Below, piece after piece: positions 1 through 5,699 of a DNA stretch of 7,566 bases; the first letter of the stretch is position 1, and every line of letters begins with the position of its first letter. Position numbers and translations under genes: made by a program. The DNA comes from Raphidiopsis brookii D9 (GTDB taxonomy: Bacteria; Cyanobacteriota; Cyanobacteriia; Cyanobacteriales; Nostocaceae): contig ACYB01000043.1 in assembly GCA_000175855.1 (NCBI GenBank), forward strand, positions 1 to 7,566. Reading direction: 5' to 3'. A model generated the notes under the pieces. It searched no databases and was not told the origin of the DNA. It was given only the letters and a program-made list of their open reading frames with translations.

Positions 1-375
1 AGTTACTGAATAGTAGTACATTTTCTGTAGGGCAGTTTTGCCCTGTTTTTCTATTGTCACTTCCTCAATACGTTCATAATCCTTAATTTTTGTTGGCGTA
101 GACCTCTCTTCCTTAAAAGACTGATAAGTGAAATCAAATAAAGATTTTATTCCTTCCCAATTTATAGTTAACTTAACTCCATGTTGATCCAGATCACTCA
201 ATTCAAGTATTAAATTTCCCCTGTCTTCAAACCCAGGTTGTTTAAATAATTCCTGAACCATTAGTACCAGACCTGCAAGTCCCGCACGATGTTGACAAGA
301 AGGTAATTCAGTTAACTGGTAACACAATTCAATTACAACTGATTTTAAGTCTGGTTTTACATTTTGTTTGTTCAT
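1..375 (-). CDS. cas8: Type I CRISPR Cas8 family (Cmx8/Cas8a1-like) protein, N-terminal 125 codons, truncated by window edge
   Basis: Own translation: ATG at 375-373, open to position 1: MNKQNVKPDLKSVVIELCYQLTELPSCQHRAGLAGLVLMVQELFKQPGFEDRGNLILELSDLDQHGVKLTINWEGIKSLFDFTYQSFKEERSTPTKIKDYERIEEVTIEKQGKTALQKMYYYSVT. The 'YxLxxLPSxQHRAGLAGL' start resembles I-MYXAN Cas8/Cmx8. The start codon overlaps the cas3 stop (ATGA, 372-375). Not in the supplied ORF track because it runs off the window. Confidence 0.8.
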   Translation of the reverse strand, partial: MNKQNVKPDLKSVVIELCYQLTELPSCQHRAGLAGLVLMVQELFKQPGFEDRGNLILELSDLDQHGVKLTINWEGIKSLFDFTYQSFKEERSTPTKIKDYERIEEVTIEKQGKTALQKMYYYSVT

Positions 376-2701
376 GTTCCGTATCCATATTTCTGGCAAT
401 AATACTTGCTATCGGCGATCGCCAAATATTTGGGTAAATCATCCGGGCGATTTTGTGCATAAGACCGAGCTATTTTTTGAGGAATAGGTAAAACATAACC
501 CTCAGCATCAGGATCTTTATTTTCCCTGAGTTTTAAAAATTTGTCTATATCGGTATCTAAAACTGCATTAGTAGAATAATCATCCGTCTCTCGGAAAGAT
601 TCAGAAGTTGCCCAATATCCAGCTTCTACAAAATAGCTAGAAGCTTCTATTCGTTCTCGCGGGGAATGGTTTTCTAGTTGTTGAGCTAATTGTTTTTGAG
701 AGACTATACCCTGCACATCACAAATAAAATTTTTAGCACTTGTAATTTCCTCTTTATTATAGGGTTTGACATTAGGTGGTTCATAAATCCAGATTTGAGA
801 ATGTTCTATAAGTCCATGACGGTTAGATCTACCAAACCGTTGAACCATTGATGAAATTGGTGCTATCTCTGTAATTAAAACATCCGCATCCAAATCTAAA
901 GACATTTCACAAACTTGAGTAGTAACAGCAATCACACTTTGTTTTTGAGATTGAAAAGCATTAACTGTCTGCTGATGTTTATCCTTTCGGTCTTTTAATG
1001 TAAACCGACTGTGATAAACAATAATTCCAGTATTGTCTCCCAATATACTTTCCAGTTCCCTCGCCTTTTGACGACATCTGTCAATAGTGTTCACTACCCA
1101 GAGCACTCGTTTACCTTGTTTAAAAGCCAAAATAGCCTCAGTCTCAGCAATAGCCTGATCGCAGGAGCTTATTAAGTATCTAGGTCGATTTTCCGCCTTC
1201 TCTAACTCTTCCATTTCCTGTTTTTCTTCTGTGGGAAATACAGCCAATGCTAAACCTAGCTGTTTTTTTTCCAAGTCTGAGGTTAAAGCCTTCTTTCTCG
1301 AAGTAGATAATGTTGCAGTCATACATAAAACGGGAATATCAAAATGCTCTAAGAAACTGAGTAAAGACTCAAACATTTTCGGAGAAAAACTGTGAACTTC
1401 ATCAATAACTACCACAGAATCAGCCAAAACTGGTAACAAAACTAAGCCACTATAACTATGACTTAAAAAAGAAAAGAAACTGGTCAACAGTAGCTGAAAA
1501 AAAACGCTTTCCCCAAAAACCCAAAGCATAAAGACGCTCATTCGTGGTGAAATCCTTACCTTCTGTTGATTCAGAAGGATTTTCAAACATGGCCTTGAGT
1601 TCATAAGGTGCTGTTCCCGTTAACAGACTACCATCAGTTTCCGGACACCATGACACATAATCCTTAAATCCCTCCGTAGCCGTTCCCCTTGTTGGATATA
1701 AAAAATTACACGACCAACAGCATAATGTTTAACAATACCTTGCTGCCATTTATAGGCAAAAATGGTCTTACCTGTTCCACATCCACTAAGTAACAACAAC
1801 CGTGAATTTAACCCAGTAGCTTTTTGCTGGAACTTTTTTTAATTCAAAGAGCTTGCCTGTTTTCTTTTCAATCTGTTGGTAACGAGGTTGCAGAATTTTA
1901 TTTTCAATTTCCTCCGGTGTTATTGGTTCCCTATGTAAAGTTTCCATAACCCATTGATCAATGGTATCAGAACCCTGAGTACGAAAAACTCCTGATGCAA
2001 CCGAGTCAGCAACTATTAAACCAGATTTTACCCCTAATAATAAACTACGACGTTGAGAGTTTCTTCTAATTTCATAATTTAAATCATCAGCTGCATCCCT
2101 AATCCTATTATAAACAGACTGCCATATCTTATCTGTAATCCTCAATTGAGAGGGCAATTTGGGAATTCCCCTTAAACTAACCAGTTGTGAACTAACTAAT
2201 TGTGCCACCCTCATTAAAATTGCTTCTATTTGAGGATGTTCTAAATAAAGTTTAACTTCCTGCACACAAGTGCGCGATCGCCCAAAAGGTTTAACGGAAC
2301 CTTTTTCAGCAGGAGATGCTTGTAAATGATGACATAATACCGATGCTGTTATCACATCCAAATCTAGTTTGCTAGGCTCTAGCCATTGAATCATAGAAGG
2401 GAAGTAAATAATCAAAGCACTAATCCACTCATGACGTAAAGCCTGACTGATTTTTTTCCCCTTTTATCAAGGCATCAAACTCCTCATTAGCTTTGCCAAT
2501 ATCATGAAATAGAGCCGCAACTCTCATATGTATCAGAAACTGCTGGGGATCTTGAATTTTAAAAAAGCGACACCAGTTGCGCAGGATCCTATCTTTAAAC
2601 ACTGCCAAAACTGCCACCTCTGTATCTTTGAGATGCTGCTCTAGAGTCAGAAGTTCACGACCAGAAACTGCACTCTTAGCTAATAAGTTGTGTGGCATCA
2701 T
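372..2701 (-). pseudogene. cas3: CRISPR-associated helicase/nuclease Cas3, interrupted by four apparent frameshifts (possible pseudogene, recoding or assembly errors)
   Basis: Fragments: MPHNLLAKSAVSGRELLTLEQHL...AALFHDIGKANEEFDALIKGEK (HD), then QALRHEWISALIIYFP...VITASVLCHHLQ, then ATGLNSRLLLLSGCGTGKT (Walker A at about 1764-1790, absent from the ORF track), then LYPTRGTATEGFKDYVSWCPETDG, then VLADSVVVIDEVHSF (DEVH), TATLSTSRKKAL, QRFGRSNRHG (motif VI). Stop at 372-374. Confidence 0.85.
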
Positions 2702-3358
2702 ACTTAGTCTGATAATAAGTTTTTTATTCGGGACATTAGGATAAAAAACACCGCATCCCAGTCGACGTTTACCACCCAGTCCACTAACCTGTAACTTAAT
2801 TGAATCTTCCTCTGTTAAATCAGAAACCATCACAGTAAACCCTACAATCGTGTAACTTCTTTTTTGAATGGGCTTATTAATTTTCAATGTCAACCGTTTA
2901 GGTTCTCCCTGATGATTAGCCAAGATACCAAGGTTAGCATGAATTTCTAAGGATTCTAACTGCCTATTGGCGGCTTGTAGAAAAGACATTGGTTCAGTAT
3001 AGCCTTTAATAGTAACTAGCCTAGACTTTAGGGATTCACATCCCTGTATAGTTTCTAATTTGGGGCTTCCTAAGCTTATTTGATATTCTCCAACAGTTAA
3101 AGTTTGCCCCACTAAAGGATAGACCAAAGATATAGCATCCACTGGAATTCTTAGAAAAAAACGCGAACTGGAAGTTAGACTAATACTTCCTTGTTGGTCG
3201 GGAATGCCCGATATAGTATTAATTGCTAGTCCCTGGAGATTATGCAGTTCAGGAATCTTCCGGCAAAGACTCCCTAAAAGTCTATAATTATGGTCGGCAT
3301 GAAGTTTTGTTCCCTTTACAGGAAACACCAACTGAACCAGTGATATCATAGTCGTCAT
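2429..3358 (-). CDS. cas6: Cas6 endoribonuclease (Cmx6 / I-MYXAN-like), in frame with the Cas3 HD N-terminus in one ORF. Cas6 portion about 2704-3358; second ATG option at 3349
   Basis: VQLVFPVKGTKLHADHNYRLLGSLCRKIPELH...SSRFFLRIPVDAI...LKSRLVTIKGY...GFTVMVSDLTEEDSIKLQVSGLGGKRRLGCGVFYP is typical of the Cmx6 Cas6 group, ending in a glycine-rich GLGGKRRLGCG segment. The same ORF continues into MMPHNLLAKSAVSGRELL..., a typical Cas3 start. Confidence 0.82.
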   Translation of the reverse strand: MTTMISLVQLVFPVKGTKLHADHNYRLLGSLCRKIPELHNLQGLAINTISGIPDQQGSISLTSSSRFFLRIPVDAISLVYPLVGQTLTVGEYQISLGSPKLETIQGCESLKSRLVTIKGYTEPMSFLQAANRQLESLEIHANLGILANHQGEPKRLTLKINKPIQKRSYTIVGFTVMVSDLTEEDSIKLQVSGLGGKRRLGCGVFYPNVPNKKLIIRLSMMPHNLLAKSAVSGRELLTLEQHLKDTEVAVLAVFKDRILRNWCRFFKIQDPQQFLIHMRVAALFHDIGKANEEFDALIKGEKNQSGFTS

Positions 3359-3422
3359 CTTATTCTTTTGTTATCAAAACCCCGCGCTCAATAGCTTTTG
3401 CGGATGTAATCAATAAAGACTG

Positions 3423-3438
3423 GACTTTTGGAAAAGTC
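3423..3438. promoter_or_regulatory. Operator-like inverted repeat GACTTTT-GG-AAAAGTC
   Basis: Perfect 7-bp arms with a 2-bp centre, just downstream of the predicted cas6 operon transcription start. Confidence 0.35.
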
Positions 3439-3457
3439 ACATTCATTTTACTTTCAT

Positions 3458-3486
3458 ACTTTAGCAAATATTTTGAGAGTTGTCAA
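3458..3486 (-). promoter_or_regulatory. Putative sigma70-type promoter for the cas6-cas3-cas8 operon
   Basis: Minus strand TTGACA (3486-3481), 17-nt spacer, TAAAGT (3463-3458), about 100 nt upstream of the cas6 start. Confidence 0.6.
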
Positions 3487-3563
3487 CCCCAGCATGCCAC
3501 TAACTATACAATTAGTTACATTTATTATCAATGATCCGGGAATATTAAAACCATAATTATTCC

Positions 3564-4535
3564 TTACATTTGATAATTTTTCATTAATTGTTCAACTTCA
3601 GACTTCACCAAATCTACTAATTCAGGTGGTTCTTTTACTACTGCACCTCCTCCATATCCCAACACCCATCTTTTCAAATCATTTAGTCCTGCTACTTCCA
3701 TCTCCAAAGTTATAGATCCATCAGTATGTTCCTCAACTTTTTGAGTTTTATGCCAACGTCTCTCTATTATATATGGACTTGTGGATCGACTAAACCAGAT
3801 TTTTACTAACTTCGCCTCTCCAGTTCCAACCTCTATTTGAAATGTTTTACCCAGATATTCTTGAACATTAAAGGTTTTATCTCTGATAAAGCTACTATTT
3901 AATAATTTCAATTTTTTGATTCTATCTACCCGAAAGTAGCGCATATCTTGTCTGTTGTGACAAAATCCGATCATATAATAATTTGTACCTCTATCAATAC
4001 GCAAAACATAGGGATCTATGATTCTTTGTGAAACCTGATCGCGACTTGCCGTGTAGTATTCTATTTTTACTCTTACAGTCTGATTAACTGCTTTTACTAA
4101 GCTATGACAGATTTCAGTATCAAGATGGGTTTCTGCTCCCCCGGTAAAAATAATTCTTTGCTCTCCTACTTCTTCTCTATTAATTCGGATTTTATCCGGT
4201 ATTCTTTCACTTAAACGCAAAATTGCGGAATCTAAATCGTCCACATAAGCACTGCCAGTATAAGATTCGAGCATTTTTGCTCCTAGCATTATCGCAGACA
4301 GTTCTCTCATAGACAGATTAATACTAGGCAATCGCCATTCCGAGTCTGTATAGTGATGTCCCTTAACAGAACAAAACGCTAGGGGAGCATTGAATCGGTC
4401 ACGCAAGAATGCCAAATCATTGCGTATTGTGCGGTCACTAACCTCCAATCTTTCTGCCATCTGCTGGGTTGTAAATCTGGTTCGCTCTCTAATCATTGAG
4501 TCTATTTCCAGTAGTCTTTCCAAATGTCTTGACAT
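3564..4535 (-). CDS. HTH (DeoR-like) plus WYL-domain transcriptional regulator, probably CRISPR-associated
   Basis: N-terminal helix-turn-helix FTTQQMAERLEVSDRTIRNDLAFLRDRF; central VKIEYYTASRDQVSQRIIDPYVLRIDRGTNYYMIGFCHNRQDMRYFRVDRIKKLKLL (WYL-like core); C-terminal WCX-like region. Located between the array and cas6. Confidence 0.87.
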   Translation of the reverse strand: MSRHLERLLEIDSMIRERTRFTTQQMAERLEVSDRTIRNDLAFLRDRFNAPLAFCSVKGHHYTDSEWRLPSINLSMRELSAIMLGAKMLESYTGSAYVDDLDSAILRLSERIPDKIRINREEVGEQRIIFTGGAETHLDTEICHSLVKAVNQTVRVKIEYYTASRDQVSQRIIDPYVLRIDRGTNYYMIGFCHNRQDMRYFRVDRIKKLKLLNSSFIRDKTFNVQEYLGKTFQIEVGTGEAKLVKIWFSRSTSPYIIERRWHKTQKVEEHTDGSITLEMEVAGLNDLKRWVLGYGGGAVVKEPPELVDLVKSEVEQLMKNYQM

Positions 4536-4661
4536 GTATATACTCCATATATATTTCCTTATCTTAGTGAAAAGGATAAACTAAGCACCCGGCAAAAAAC
4601 TTTCCGCCTCAAAAAAATTCTCACGAGTTAACATAGTTTTATCTATCTTAATACTTTTTAT

Positions 4662-5135
4662 GTGCTCAACACCTAATGGCATCAAAGGTTTAAACACATG
4701 GGTACTGGTCAAATCTATCCCAAAATCCCCCACGTGCTCAACGCCTAATGGCATCAAAGGTTTAAACACTAATAGACGAAGCTGCTAGCGTTGTTGTTGC
4801 TGGTAAGTGCTCAACGCCTAATGGCATCAAAGGTTTAAACACGCCATCTATTACTGCTGTATGTTGAACAAACTTTACGTGTGCTCAACGCCTAATGGCA
4901 TCAAAGGTTTAAACACTGCTTAGAGAGGGAGCAGCACAAGAATCAGCATTGGAGTGCTCAACGCCTAATGGCATCAAAGGTTTAAACACTGTCAGAAGCT
5001 CTAATAGGAACAACAAACCATTCGTGTGCTCAACGCCTAATGGCATCAAAGGTTTAAACACGAGATTGATTTTTTGAATCTCGCGAGATTGATTTTTTGG
5101 TGCTCAACGCCTAATGGCATCAAAGGTTTAAACAC
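4662..5135 (-). CRISPR. CRISPR array: 7 repeats of 36 nt, 6 spacers of 36-38 nt; inferred crRNA strand is minus (repeat GTGTTTAAACCTTTGATGCCATTAGGCGTTGAGCAC)
   Basis: Plus-strand repeat GTGCTCAACGCCTAATGGCATCAAAGGTTTAAACAC at 4662-4697 (one G-to-A variant at 4671), 4734-4769, 4807-4842, 4881-4916, 4954-4989, 5026-5061, 5100-5135. Spacers 36, 37, 38, 37, 36, 38 nt. Confidence 0.98.
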
Positions 5136-5396
5136 AGCGGTGGCTGAAACCCTTATTGTAAAGGTATTCTTTCCTAATTATACAAGCATCAAATTTTAAA
5201 TGCAAGAGATTCACTCAAATTGTCCTCCCAACTGAATTTTCAATCCCCGATAAATTTCCTCAATCACTTGCTATGAATGGTTTTCAGACTAAATGCAAGC
5301 ACCTCTCCTAACCCCAAAAATGCTCAACCCCATACTCTCAAAGACTTTCTGGTTTTCCTTTCGCTCTTTTTAACTTAACAATCTACAGTGCTTGCA
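5136..5396 (-). promoter_or_regulatory. CRISPR leader region between cas2 and the array
   Basis: Noncoding, AT-rich, adjacent to the leader-proximal repeat, contains a promoter-like element oriented into the array. Opposite to the array end carrying the degenerate repeat. Confidence 0.75.
5177..5205 (-). promoter_or_regulatory. Putative sigma70-type promoter driving pre-crRNA transcription
   Basis: Minus strand TTGCAT (5205-5200), 17-nt spacer, TATAAT (5182-5177). Predicted start is about 35 nt before the first repeat. Confidence 0.6.
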
Positions 5397-5690
5397 TTAA
5401 AAAATTTTGTAACATTGATCTGGTAACAACCAAGCATTAGGACGATTATACTTCCGTATATCGTTCACGCACTGATTAGAAAGACGAATTAGTAGTAAAC
5501 TGTCCTCATCCGTTAGTATTCTTTCCAATTCCCATCTTAGTTTTTCCCGCGATCGCATCGTTAACCAAGAGCGAAAAATTGAGTATTGCACTCTGTCACC
5601 ATATCCTTCCAACAACTTATATACCTTTCTCCAACGCTTTGAATCGCGAATGTCATAACAAATGAGGTAACAATTTCTGTTTTCTGCCAT
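5397..5690 (-). CDS. cas2: CRISPR-associated endoribonuclease Cas2
   Basis: 97 aa; CYLICYDIRDSKRWRKVYKLLEGYGDRVQYSIFRSWLT is a classical Cas2 N-terminus with YDI-D, followed by SLLLIRLS. Immediately downstream of cas4-cas1. Confidence 0.95.
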   Translation of the reverse strand: MAENRNCYLICYDIRDSKRWRKVYKLLEGYGDRVQYSIFRSWLTMRSREKLRWELERILTDEDSLLLIRLSNQCVNDIRKYNRPNAWLLPDQCYKIF

Positions 5691-5699
5691 AGCTACACA

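Noticed and set aside
1451-1480. Programmed ribosomal frameshifting as the explanation for cas3 fragmentation
   Set aside because: Four separate lesions of differing direction, with runs of only 5-7 nt, do not match a known programmed -1 site; decay or sequence error is simpler. Slippage is kept only as a test.
1456-1656. Separate 66-aa ORF as its own gene
   Set aside because: Its sequence is an internal segment of Cas3 shifted by flanking homopolymer lesions.
2471-2479. GGCATCAAA in cas3 matching the CRISPR repeat
   Set aside because: A 9-mer within coding sequence for the conserved FDAL segment; no flanking repeat similarity. Likely chance.
4390-4584. 64-aa plus-strand ORF in the track
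   Set aside because: Mostly antisense to the well-supported HTH-WYL gene, low-complexity translation, no family signal.
4581-4769. 62-aa minus-strand ORF containing repeated (V/M)FKPLMPLGVEH
   Set aside because: It is a translation of the CRISPR repeats (two copies), not a protein gene.
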